From Meyerozyma guilliermondii (lineage: Eukaryota), in NCBI GenBank assembly GCA_051546255.1, contig CP128820.1, positions 930,001 through 994,000 of the forward strand: a stretch of DNA of 64,000 bases, given 5' to 3'. This document shows positions 29,774 to 40,400 of the stretch, piece by piece; the stretch's first letter is position 1, and each line of letters begins with the position of its first letter. The notes under the pieces were generated by a model. That model saw nothing but the letters and a program-made list of their open reading frames with translations. It ran no database searches and was not told where the DNA came from. Made by a program: the position numbers and the translations under genes.

Positions 29774-31612
29774 TCATTTTACCGGACCATTGTATCGCCC
29801 CGAAATGCAATTAGCTCCTCTGCAACCTGCAAAACCCTGGGCAACGGCTTGACACAAAGCAGTTCCATAAAATGTGCACACATATTTGGTGGTTAATGCG
29901 ATTGGGTTCAATGGTGGAACCACAAAAAGATTCGATTCAAAGAACATTTTTTGGTGGTTATCAAGAGTCCACGGCAAATATCGATCTTTGAACTTTTGTT
30001 GCACTTGACGGCGTCTTTCTTCAGCCTTGGAAAAAGGCAATGCAATGGCATTGTGGGTACTTATGTGTGAAAGATTTGTATGTGCTTTTGTTTCATCTTT
30101 ATGTTTCCCAGAATTAAAAATAGTTTGGAGCTTGGAATTGGCATGGTTTCGTATACAAACGCAATACCAGCAGAAACAGGCACAGTAGTCGTACTTGAAT
30201 TCAGCCCGATACAACTTTGCGGTTCTTTCAAACCAGTCGTTCAAATTGCCCTCCTCCACCTTATCGTCGTGGTCAACCACCATGTTGTCTTTACTGTTGT
30301 CGAGGCACCACAGGAAATAAAAGTACGGACTCAACTGGTGAGTGTGCCAAACAAGATCGATGTCCAAGGTTGGTACCAAAGTCGAAGTTGTTCCAAATCG
30401 AACCAAAAGACTCATAAATCTCAGATACCGCAAGATGGACTCAGCAATAGCTTCTCCCTTGGTGGGGGACCCGTACCAGTCTTGGTCGTTGATAGCCTCC
30501 ACAAAACGACCTTGTCTCACGACACAGCCCACTAGATCTTCGTGGATTTGGATTGTATCTTCTCGTGGAATTGTGAGGTAGATGAGGTTGAATTGTGGGT
30601 AGTTTCGACCTATTATCTGCAATCTTCTTCTGAACGTGAATCTCTCGTTTCTGTTGATAAACGTCTCCACCAGTTCTGTCTTGAGTTGAGATCGAATCGG
30701 TAGGTTTTCTCTCTTTATGCAAGCATCTAAATCCAACGGGTTCTGGTTGCCGTAGTTCAAAACGAGAGAAAAGAACTTGTAAATGTAAGGCAAGGTTCTT
30801 TTGTCGGATAAATCAGCATAAAATTGACGTCTTCGCAACTGCTCATGGTTGATAGTGTCTTGAAATCCGCAACATGGCTTGACATCGTCAATCTTGAAGT
30901 TTGAGTCTGCAAAGCCAGTATCGCTATCATTTGATAAAGCCAAAGATCCACTTATTATTTTTCTGCAAATGGGGCACATCACCGGTACAACATGGGCATT
31001 TGCTTGAAACGGTTCGTCAAAGTAGTAGGCCATTTTTACTCCGTAACAGCTTAAGATATAGTTGAATTGGTCCACGTATGTCATTTCTGGCTTGTATAGT
31101 AAGGAATTGTTGTCAATTGCTTCATTGATCAAATGCAATGGAAATGGAATAAACACAAACGTCAAGAAATTGTTGCGGAGAAACGCATCATAAAATGATT
31201 TTGGGTTCAAAGCAAAGGCATGCCATACCATAAGAACGTCTAAGGGTGGTAGGTGACTTGCCATGATATCAATTAGTCGCTTGTTTCTCGTTGCTTCTTT
31301 GACATACATCAGCGTTTCATCCAAGGGATAATATTCAGGTCCAGAGTTCTGAAACATATACTTTTTGAGTGCACTCACATAGATTACAAACCTCCGCCCT
31401 GAATTGGTCACAAAAACTTGCCAAGTTTTGGCTGCACAAACAGGGTCGTCTGACAGGGCAATTGATCTTCGAAGAAGTTGAAAGCTTTTAAGTAGTTTTA
31501 AGTGAGCTTCAACTTCATCCCTGGTTGGAAAGTGCTTTTTGGTATCCGAATCGGCAAAAACATGGAAACCAAACTGACTTTTATCAGAAACCATTGCTTT
31601 TGTAATCGTCAT
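29774..31612 (-). CDS. DUF1399/GRDP-like paralog lacking the long Gly tail
   Basis: Shares IMASHLPPLDVLMVWHAFALNPK, LVPTLDIDL.WHTHQL, DHDDKV and HISTHNA with 27158..29113. Confidence 0.85.
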   Translation of the reverse strand: MTITKAMVSDKSQFGFHVFADSDTKKHFPTRDEVEAHLKLLKSFQLLRRSIALSDDPVCAAKTWQVFVTNSGRRFVIYVSALKKYMFQNSGPEYYPLDETLMYVKEATRNKRLIDIMASHLPPLDVLMVWHAFALNPKSFYDAFLRNNFLTFVFIPFPLHLINEAIDNNSLLYKPEMTYVDQFNYILSCYGVKMAYYFDEPFQANAHVVPVMCPICRKIISGSLALSNDSDTGFADSNFKIDDVKPCCGFQDTINHEQLRRRQFYADLSDKRTLPYIYKFFSLVLNYGNQNPLDLDACIKRENLPIRSQLKTELVETFINRNERFTFRRRLQIIGRNYPQFNLIYLTIPREDTIQIHEDLVGCVVRQGRFVEAINDQDWYGSPTKGEAIAESILRYLRFMSLLVRFGTTSTLVPTLDIDLVWHTHQLSPYFYFLWCLDNSKDNMVVDHDDKVEEGNLNDWFERTAKLYRAEFKYDYCACFCWYCVCIRNHANSKLQTIFNSGKHKDETKAHTNLSHISTHNAIALPFSKAEERRRQVQQKFKDRYLPWTLDNHQKMFFESNLFVVPPLNPIALTTKYVCTFYGTALCQAVAQGFAGCRGANCISGRYNGPVK

Positions 31613-31707
31613 GAATGTCTTTAAGTAGCCGCATCGCGGGGTTGGTGCGGCTGCGCGATCTACTGAAAAAGTAAAACTCAGGTGTATTCAGAAAAGAACT
31701 ATATAGC

Positions 31708-33084
31708 TTATTTCTTAGCAGCCTTTTGAGCAGCCTTGGTGACCTTACCGGCCTTGTCAGACTTCTCAACAGACTTGATGACACCGACAGCAACGGTTTG
31801 TCTCATGTCTCTGACGGCGAATCTTCCCAATGGTGGGTAGTCGGTGAAAGCCTCAACACACATTGGCTTGGATGGCACCATCTTGACGATAGAAGCGTCA
31901 CCGGACTTGACAAACTTGGGGTTGTCCTCCATCTTCTTACCGGTTCTTCTGTCAATCTTCTCCAACAAGGTGTCGAATTTACAAGCAATGTGGGCGGTGT
32001 GACAGTCCAAAACTGGAGAGTAACCAGCAGAGATTTGACCAGGGTGGTTCAACACAATAACTTGAGCGGTGAAAGAGTCACAACCCTTTGGTGGGTCGTT
32101 CTTGGAGTCACCACAAACGTTACCTCTTCTAATTTCCTTAACGGAAACGTTCTTAACGTTGAAACCAACATTGTCACCTGGAACACCTTCAACCAATTGT
32201 TCGTGGTGCATTTCCACGGACTTGACTTCGGTGGTAACACCAGCTGGGGCAAAGGTAACAACCATACCGGCCTTAATGATACCGGTTTCAACTCTACCGA
32301 CTGGCACCGTTCCAATACCACCAATCTTGTAGACATCTTGCAATGGCAATCTCAATGGCTTGTCGGTTGGTCTTTGAGGTGGCTCAATGGCGTCAATGGC
32401 CTCCAACAAAGTCTTACCGGTGGACTTACCAGCCTTGGTCTCCTTCTCCCATCCCTTGTACCAAGGACAGTTGGTAGAAGCCTCAATCATGTTGTCACCG
32501 TTCCATCCAGAGATAGGAACGAATGGCACAGTCTTAGGGTTGTAACCAACCTTCTTGACGAAGTTAGAGGTTTCCTTGATGATTTCCTCGAATCTGTTCT
32601 TGTCCCACTTGACGGAGTCCATCTTGTTGACAGCAACAATCAATTGTCTAACACCCAAGGTGTAAGCCAACAAAGCGTGCTCTCTGGTTTGACCATCCTT
32701 AGAGATACCAGCTTCGAACTCACCGGTACCACCAGCAATAATCAAAATAGCACAGTCAGCTTGAGAAGTACCAGTGATCATGTTCTTGATGAAATCTCTG
32801 TGACCTGGGGCATCAATGACGGTAACGTGGTACTTTGGAGTCTCGAATTTCCACAAAGCAATGTCAATGGTGATACCTCTTTCTCTCTCAGCCTTAAGCT
32901 TGTCCAAAACCCAAGCGTACTTGAAAGAACCCTTACCCAATTCGGCGGCTTCCTTCTCGAACTTTTCAATAGTTCTCTTGTCAATACCACCACACTTGTA
33001 GATCAAGTGACCGGTGGTGGTCGACTTACCGGAATCGACGTGTCCAATGACAACAACGTTGACGTGAGTCTTTTCTTTACCCAT
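31708..33084 (-). CDS. TEF1: Translation elongation factor 1-alpha
   Basis: [23 protein letters not shown]...KAAQKAAKK, 458 aa, with strong codon bias. Confidence 0.99.
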   Translation of the reverse strand: MGKEKTHVNVVVIGHVDSGKSTTTGHLIYKCGGIDKRTIEKFEKEAAELGKGSFKYAWVLDKLKAERERGITIDIALWKFETPKYHVTVIDAPGHRDFIKNMITGTSQADCAILIIAGGTGEFEAGISKDGQTREHALLAYTLGVRQLIVAVNKMDSVKWDKNRFEEIIKETSNFVKKVGYNPKTVPFVPISGWNGDNMIEASTNCPWYKGWEKETKAGKSTGKTLLEAIDAIEPPQRPTDKPLRLPLQDVYKIGGIGTVPVGRVETGIIKAGMVVTFAPAGVTTEVKSVEMHHEQLVEGVPGDNVGFNVKNVSVKEIRRGNVCGDSKNDPPKGCDSFTAQVIVLNHPGQISAGYSPVLDCHTAHIACKFDTLLEKIDRRTGKKMEDNPKFVKSGDASIVKMVPSKPMCVEAFTDYPPLGRFAVRDMRQTVAVGVIKSVEKSDKAGKVTKAAQKAAKK

Positions 33085-33181
33085 TTTAAAAGTTACTTAA
33101 AAGTTGAAAAGTAAAAGGTGAGGAAATTTTTTTTCTCTTTATATCAAATGCGTGGCAAGAAAAAATTCACCCGGGATGCAC

Positions 33182-33198
33182 GTCACGTGTCTAGGGCT
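33182..33198. promoter_or_regulatory. Cbf1-type (GTCACGTG) plus Tbf1-like (TAGGGCT) sites in the TEF1 promoter
   Basis: GTCACGTG 33182-33189 and TAGGGCT 33192-33198. The Tbf1/Cbf1 pairing is known for translation-machinery genes in Candida albicans. Confidence 0.6.
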
Positions 33199-33243
33199 GG
33201 CGCCCCGCCATATACTATAGATATATACATTTGTACTTGTCTG

Positions 33244-35139
33244 TTACCCTCCTAGTTTCCGTAGTAACTTTTCACTTTCCTGTAAGGATTTTGCATCTTG
33301 GTACCCCACAAAGTCCTCTTGTAGTTCATCAATGTTGGTTATGTCATGTTCTTCATCATCTTGTTCGTCGCGACTCTCTTCAAGCAATCGATCTGTCACA
33401 GTAGGAGAACCTCTGCCTACAATTCGACCAAATTTTTGACGTTTTGAGTTCCTGCGAGGCGACGGGAACTTTATGCTTTGATCTCGCCGTTTTTTCGGCG
33501 TTGTTTCAATGTTGGACTTGACATAGTCAAGCATGCTATTTGGTTTGCAAGTACCAGGAGCATAAAGACACCAAGTTAAGTCTTGAATATTAGGCAACTT
33601 TGCTTGGAGAACAATCTCCCAGATGTAGGAGATGGAAACGATGGGTATATGCCATTGTTTTGCTGCTTTTATCTTATTTTTGGAAGAAGTCACCGACACC
33701 GAACTTGATCCTGGTTGATATACGGGACAATCAACGACATCATTGGAAGGATATTCAAATAGTTTTGGTGAATTTTTCGCTAGAGATGTTTTGAAAACGT
33801 TGATGTTGAACACAAGCAAATCTCTATCACTAGTCAATGTATCACAATACTCCAAATTCAAATAGTTTATGAGCTTCTCAAGGTGTAACAATTCGATACC
33901 TGTAAACCCAGTAATACAAACTTTAAATGGTATGGTGCTAGTCATTAGTGACTTGAGTGGTATACCCCAACTATCTAGAACGATTTTGCCGTAAAATAAG
34001 CATCTTTCCACAAACCATTCGGTAACAATTGTCACAGTTCCCTGAACAGTTTTGTGTCTCGTGGAGTCGGGAAGTTTTTCAAGAAGTAAGGAAACTTGGT
34101 TGCTGGTTTTAGAAGGCACGAGGATGTGTGTAATGTTTTTCGTAGAAGGATCCACCACTCTGCCGCCGTTGGTCTTGATTACATTGGTAATAACGTCGGA
34201 CTGGTGAGACAGGAACCCTAAAATCGTGAACACAAAGTTGATAAATAGGTCTCTCTTTTGTAGTGGATCTGATTTTCTTGGAAGTGATGTAGAATCCTCG
34301 AACACATCCTCGTCAGCTTCTTCTTCTTCCTCGTCCCAAGCATTTTTTCGGTGCGAAGTGGGATGCTTCAGTGTCTGGTTCAGCATAATGGACTGCCAAA
34401 CAGCACGGTTCTTTTTGGTGGGTTTGACGGCCACCACATCTGTTGCAGGTTCTTCTTTTTGTGGGTTTGAACCCCGGTACTGGAACCATTTATTCCACAC
34501 TTTGCAGCCGGTGCCATAAGTATAGTCGGGTTCCCGAAGCGTATAGTCACCACAGTCAAGCGCAGCCTCGCGGAGAAGTGAGTCAAACACCCAAATAGGA
34601 TGAACCACCGGGATCTCCCACTCAATTGCTTTCAAGTAGCGTTTTCCTCGAGTTTCTGTAGTCACTACGCAGCTATTGGAAACTGTAAGAGAGTCGGTTA
34701 CGGTACCTCCATGGTCCTGAATCCAAGCACTTATCTTTGTCACGTCAAACACGTCGTTTATAGCATGGCGACTATGGTTTCGAAACGACTCATTCAGAAG
34801 CCGATTTTCGTGATTTGCGAGCCTTGAAAGGCACACTGTAAACCCGTCAAAAACGGGTAAAATGCAATTATCTATCATTCCCTCCGCTTCATCTCCCTCT
34901 AGCCATTTGTCGTATATCGTTTTTATCGCCTCCGGAGGAATAAACTTGACATCATAACGGTTCTTGATGCAAAACTTGTACTTGTCGGTGCGACGATTTC
35001 CCACAATTAAGTAATTGACATCGCTCATTAAGTCATTATAGTGGATTCCGCCGAGGGTGGAGATCTTGGCCGAGAGCTCTTCTCGAAGTTTGAGCGGGAT
35101 CGAAGTGCAACAGAAGGTAAGGCCATCAAACGGCTTCAT
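33244..35139 (-). CDS. DPB11: BRCT-repeat replication/checkpoint protein Dpb11
   Basis: MKPFDGLTFCCT, V.HPIWVFDS, VTEWFVERC and CITGFTGIELLH motifs; four BRCT-like repeats. Confidence 0.88.
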   Translation of the reverse strand: MKPFDGLTFCCTSIPLKLREELSAKISTLGGIHYNDLMSDVNYLIVGNRRTDKYKFCIKNRYDVKFIPPEAIKTIYDKWLEGDEAEGMIDNCILPVFDGFTVCLSRLANHENRLLNESFRNHSRHAINDVFDVTKISAWIQDHGGTVTDSLTVSNSCVVTTETRGKRYLKAIEWEIPVVHPIWVFDSLLREAALDCGDYTLREPDYTYGTGCKVWNKWFQYRGSNPQKEEPATDVVAVKPTKKNRAVWQSIMLNQTLKHPTSHRKNAWDEEEEEADEDVFEDSTSLPRKSDPLQKRDLFINFVFTILGFLSHQSDVITNVIKTNGGRVVDPSTKNITHILVPSKTSNQVSLLLEKLPDSTRHKTVQGTVTIVTEWFVERCLFYGKIVLDSWGIPLKSLMTSTIPFKVCITGFTGIELLHLEKLINYLNLEYCDTLTSDRDLLVFNINVFKTSLAKNSPKLFEYPSNDVVDCPVYQPGSSSVSVTSSKNKIKAAKQWHIPIVSISYIWEIVLQAKLPNIQDLTWCLYAPGTCKPNSMLDYVKSNIETTPKKRRDQSIKFPSPRRNSKRQKFGRIVGRGSPTVTDRLLEESRDEQDDEEHDITNIDELQEDFVGYQDAKSLQESEKLLRKLGG

Positions 35140-36680
35140 GAAGAAAGAGCGCGTGTGGTGGATGGGTGGAAACGAGTGAGCGCGCGAGCGAGCGAGAAAA
35201 AGATTAAGTACGAGAAGAAGAGTAGGAGGAAGAGAGAAAGGAAGGGACAGGGAATTGTAGAATATAGAAGGAAAAAGCTAGAGAAGGGAGAAGGTGAGGC
35301 AATAGAAAGGAACCATTTTTTCTTTTTTTGATTTTTGATTTTTGATTTTTTTCATTTTTTGTGATTTTCACATTCATTTCACATTTGCTCTTATCTCATC
35401 TAATTTCATTTCAATCATTTCATGTTCATTTCATTCCTCTCCATTTGTTTCCATTTCGATCCTCTCCACTTCTTTTTTCGCTGGTCATCCCAAAACGGAA
35501 TCGCAAGCAGATCCTGAAACTGCTGCCCATCACCAGCACCCTTGTATTAGCCGTATTGTCAACACCGCGGTACGCACCCCGTATGCAACGAACAAATGGC
35601 CTAAACTTGCTCGATAATAGACTACAGCATCGACGCATTGGGAAAGTGCATGTCCCAACAAGGTGAAACAGGAGGTGCGAATCCAAAAATAAACTGTATT
35701 TCTTTTGGAAATGCCAAGACATTGCTCGCGCACGTAACCCCTCGCCGTTAGCGAGTTTGACATGCGATGCGGACATGCGAAGCGGATGACAGTTTGCAAA
35801 GTTTAAAGCTTAGGTTGCTTACCACTTGAGTCGAGAAATAGACTATCTGGTGTAGTAAACATACCGATTGGGCGGGGTGACCGCGCTTTATCGCGAACCG
35901 ATACCTAATTCGTAATAGGCAATTCGCATTTCGTACTCTATTCGCATTAATTTTAGTGCGCATCGAGTCATTTCTCGTAGTGCTGTTTCACCCGCTCGCA
36001 ACGCACTCACCCGCACTACACCCGCACGGCTCGCGACTCGGTTCGGTTCATTTTCGTAATTCAAACCCCTCGGAAAACGAACTAGACTAATATGGCATCA
36101 TTTACGGAAAATAGTAAGAGAACATAGTACTTTGTCTTGAATTTCTCTTTTGTTTACTCTTTGTTTCCTTTTCCCCTTTTCCCTTTCCTTTCCTTTTCTC
36201 TCCTCTTTTCTCGCATTTTCCTCTCGGTCCAATCAGCTCACATCGCCCGTCTGTTTCCGGCCGATGCAACAACCCAATCGAGCGTGCATGCGGCGCTGGC
36301 GCAACAAGGATCTGCATAATCATGAGCGCGGTCAAGATAACACCATCTACAGTAAACCAAATTGGCCGTATTTGCACCCTTTTTTGTACGGAAATCAGCC
36401 TCCATCATTGGTTAAGGTTTTGACACCCACCAAAAAAAAACCTGATTCCGCCACTAATCCTGATCACTACACAAAAAATTTTTCCTCCTATCGCCCACCT
36501 CCAAATGCGGTTGCGTAGCCCGGATTCCCCGTGCATAAGAGGTGCATTGTTTTCGTTCTATTTCGGGAATGGCCTCTTTTTCTTTTAGGTTCCGTCGTAA
36601 TATAAAAGGGGCTCCTGATCCCCAGAAATGTTTTTTTTTCTATCGTCACCTGTCGAACTTTTATTCACTCGCTCATAATA

Positions 36681-37127
36681 ATGTACTCCGCTGTCGCTGC
36701 TGCTGCTCTCTTGGCCGGTTCTGCCGTTGCTGCCTACTCCAACGATACCGTCATCACCACTGACGTCACCGTTACCGACTACACCACTTACTGCCCATAC
36801 TCCACCGAGGTTGTCATCAAGACCTGTACCTTGGAGAAGTGTGCTCCAGTCACCATCACCGTGTCTGAGGCTCAAACTTTGACCGTTACTGGTGAGTGTG
36901 TCATCCCAACCACCTACACCACCGAGTGGGCTACCACCACCTCCACCGTTGAGTGCCACGAGTGTGAGGAGAAGTCTACTGTTGCTCCAGTTTCCACTGC
37001 TGCCCCAGAGACCACCTCCGCTGCTCAATCCACCGTTGCCGCTGTCTCCTCTTTCGAGGCTGGTGCCGTCAAGAACGTTGCCGGTGCTTTGGCTGGTGTT
37101 GCCGCCGTCGCCGTTGCTTTGATCTAA
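36681..37127 (+). CDS. Small GPI-anchored cell-wall protein (Ccw12/Pga59/Pga62-like)
   Basis: Signal peptide, YTTYCP, Ser/Thr-rich body, SSFEAGA followed by a hydrophobic GPI tail. High codon bias, TATAAAA at 36601 and about 1.5 kb of upstream sequence. Confidence 0.85.
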   Translation: MYSAVAAAALLAGSAVAAYSNDTVITTDVTVTDYTTYCPYSTEVVIKTCTLEKCAPVTITVSEAQTLTVTGECVIPTTYTTEWATTTSTVECHECEEKSTVAPVSTAAPETTSAAQSTVAAVSSFEAGAVKNVAGALAGVAAVAVALI

Positions 37128-37442
37128 GAAGCTCAAAGTATACTCTAGGGAATTCTTGGTTTTTTTTTAAAAAATGAAAGTTTGTAAATGCTTTTAATAT
37201 AATTTCGAGCTATGCTTTCATTGAAAAAAAGACCAATGTATTTCTGGCTGTTCTGAAATTTCCGTGAATTTGGATCCTATTCAATTTCTTCTAACGATTT
37301 TCGTGGTGCTTTCCACTACGATTTGATTCCCGTTCTTTAGTTATTATCCTTGCATATGGCTCAAATGTAATATATTATTTCATTTTTCAAAACCTGTACA
37401 TTTCGCATTTTCCACTTTCTCACGACTTTCTCTTTCTTTGCA

Positions 37443-40400
37443 ATGACAGAGGCAGAGCCCCATCCACACAAATACATCAGTATCCCACCGCAGCTTGCTC
37501 CACGAGATCCGGATGGCCTGCTGTATGGTTCTGTAGATTCCCAGCTTCTGGACGGTCAAGTTGCAAAATCTACGCCACAAATTGCATTATCGTCATCCTT
37601 TGCAAATGCTATTCCAACATTTATATTGCACGAAGAAGACCTTGGGGACCCCATGAACTTTGTAGAGACTCACAAGGAGGCTGGAAAGCAGTTTGGAGCA
37701 ATAAAAGTTGTCGTTCCTAATGAGTTACGCTCGAAAATTGGAGCACCAACAACCTTGAGTCCAGACACAATCGAGTTCAACACCACTCAATTACGTTGTA
37801 CCACAATGAAACAGGAAATCCATAAGCGGGTTCAGTTTGTAAACGATTTGTTTACGTTTTACCGTGGAAAAGAAGCTGAAAAGTCAGAGCCATCAACAGA
37901 GAAACCAAAGCCAGACCAAATACCAGAACCATTAAAAGTGCCAGAAATGCCAGCTGAGCCAGCAAAGGAAACAACATCGGAGCCACCTGAACAAGCTAAG
38001 AAGCCACTGGATCAATTGGAACCATTGGAACCCGTGAAAATTCTGGATCCATTGTCGGAGCAAATGGGTTCATCCCAAGAACCAAAACTGGATTTTTCTG
38101 CTCCAGATTCAAGTCAGTTGGCTTCAGCACAGGAAGTAAAACCGGAATTTTCGTCCGCAACCCCTGCATCCACAAATTTTGCAGTTTCTGATCTTTTTAC
38201 AAAACTTCCAACCTTAGTCAACAGACCAATTGACTTGTATCTGTTATACCACTGCGTTATAAAGAGAGGTGGGTTCCAAAAAGTGGACCTGTGGTCCTCT
38301 ATTGGCTTTGATATGGGATACAAACCCGAAGAAATCACCAAATGGAAAAATGAATTGTCTTCCATTTATGAGAAATATTTATTACCCTTTGAAAAGTCCC
38401 ATTTCAGCTCCTCCAATCTGCATAAAAGATCTTTTGAAGAAACGCATTCTTATCTAGCTGGTTCTAGTAAGACTTTCAAGCGGTTCACCCGCTCAAAAAT
38501 TGCCAAAGGTATACCCTTGAACCTTCCTTCATACATAAAAGTCTCGCCTACAACTGATGATGAGCAGAAAAAGATACTCAAAAATCAACTAAGTGCCTCT
38601 TCTCAGGTAAAACAAGCATTTGGTAGCATCACTGGAGACTGCGTTGACGACGAGGTTGTTCTAGCTCGTTCCTTCATTAAGGGACAGCCTCGCAATCTTC
38701 AACAGTTGATGGTTAAAGACTCCAAGGTTCAGCAAAACATTATAAAGAACAACCAGCAGACATTTCTGGAGTCTCTCGAGATCTCCTCGCAAGACTTTGA
38801 AGCGCTTTTCTGGTCTACCATATCCCAGAACTCGTTGGAGCCTCTTGAAATAGAGGTTGCAAGGCAACTATCGAGTTTTGTTCACAGCCCAAGATTTCAC
38901 AGATTAACTACTCACACCAACAATGACTTTACTGAAAAGTCAACTGAAAAGTCCATGGAAGCAGCCACAAATCCTTGGAACTTGTACAACATAGCATGTG
39001 CACCAAATTCTCTTTTGGGCATTTTGACAGATCTCGACATTACCACTCAGGATATCTACCACCCGACCACTAATGTCAATATGACGTTTGGTTTTGAAAA
39101 CTGGAGATGCGAGGACCATTTCCTACAGCTTTGCGACTACCTTCATTACGGCGCCAGCAAGTTATGGCACTTTATACCAGAATCTGAAATGGACAAATTT
39201 GAAGATCTTTTGGATACATTGAACCACAATGAAAATGTGGAAATCAGTCTGAAAGAACCAAAGTTGACAGCTGATGCTTTGGAGGCTATCTTGGACCCAA
39301 TTGCTAGTATCGCTGATTCTACTCGTTACGAGCATAGATCACCACCGCTTGAAAACTTAATCAAGAAGCTGCCAAGAAAGAAAAGCCAGAGGAACCAGGA
39401 TTACTTAGTTAGTCCCGAGCAACTTAAGAAGCATAATATCAAGTATTATACTGCTTTACAAGGTCCTGGGGAGTTCATTATCAAGTACCCCAAAGTATAC
39501 TCATGCAATCTTTCGTCTGGTCTTAATGTGGGAGCAGAGGTAAATTTGGCTACTGTTTCTTGGTTGGACTATGCTTTGGTAGCTGAAAAATGGCTCTCAT
39601 CCCAGCACATAATACCTGCTTTTCTGCTGTTCAAAATGCTCACCAACTTTGCAAATTTGTACGACAATGGAAATGGAAAGGTGAATTTCGACTCCCACTT
39701 TTTCCCCGTCGCCGAAAACCATCTAAGCAACAGAGTCGATACTGAGCTTGAAAATCGTGAGCTCGTGAGGAAAATGTTGAACCATCCAAAGGAGATTGTA
39801 GCGGACGAAAGGACGTCAAATATCAACAACTGGATCTCAGACATCGATATGTCTTCTGCGTTTCCTTCAAAGGTAGTCGTTACCGCCGTTGATCTGTCGT
39901 TAGCATTGACAATGTCATTGCAAAATTTTCTTGATCTCGGTGAACAGATCATGAACAACCCCGAACTCAAGGCCGAATTACACTTATACTACACGGATGA
40001 TCGCTTAAAAGCATTCTGCAGATCATTGAGCTCATATTCCATCGATTACAATGAGTGGATGAATTCTTATCGAGAATTTTTCGCCTCGAGTTCAGAGCCG
40101 AATCTCAGAAATATCAAGGCATTGCTCGCAGAAGGTGACAAGATAAAGGCTGCAATGAGCTCGTCCAATTCCACGTTGAGCCAAGATGGTGATGCCAAGA
40201 AGTATTTTCAAGCTTTAGAGAACCTCAGAAACTTTGTCAATCGTGCCAATGATATCGTGGAAGAATGCCAAATAATTCTCAATGTTAAGCACCAGCAGAG
40301 AATAAGAGGTGGCTCCAATGAAGACCAGGACTGCGAGGACTACTTATCTCGGTTGTACCTGGTGTTGAAGTTGCTACCGACTTTGGGGTTTCTGAGTCCG

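Noticed and set aside
31726..33114. 462-aa antisense ORF over TEF1
   Set aside because: In-register mirror of a highly biased gene that avoids TTA/CTA/TCA codons, which removes antisense stops; no recognisable protein.
36585..37136. 183-aa antisense ORF over the GPI cell-wall gene
   Set aside because: Shadow of a biased low-complexity coding sequence.
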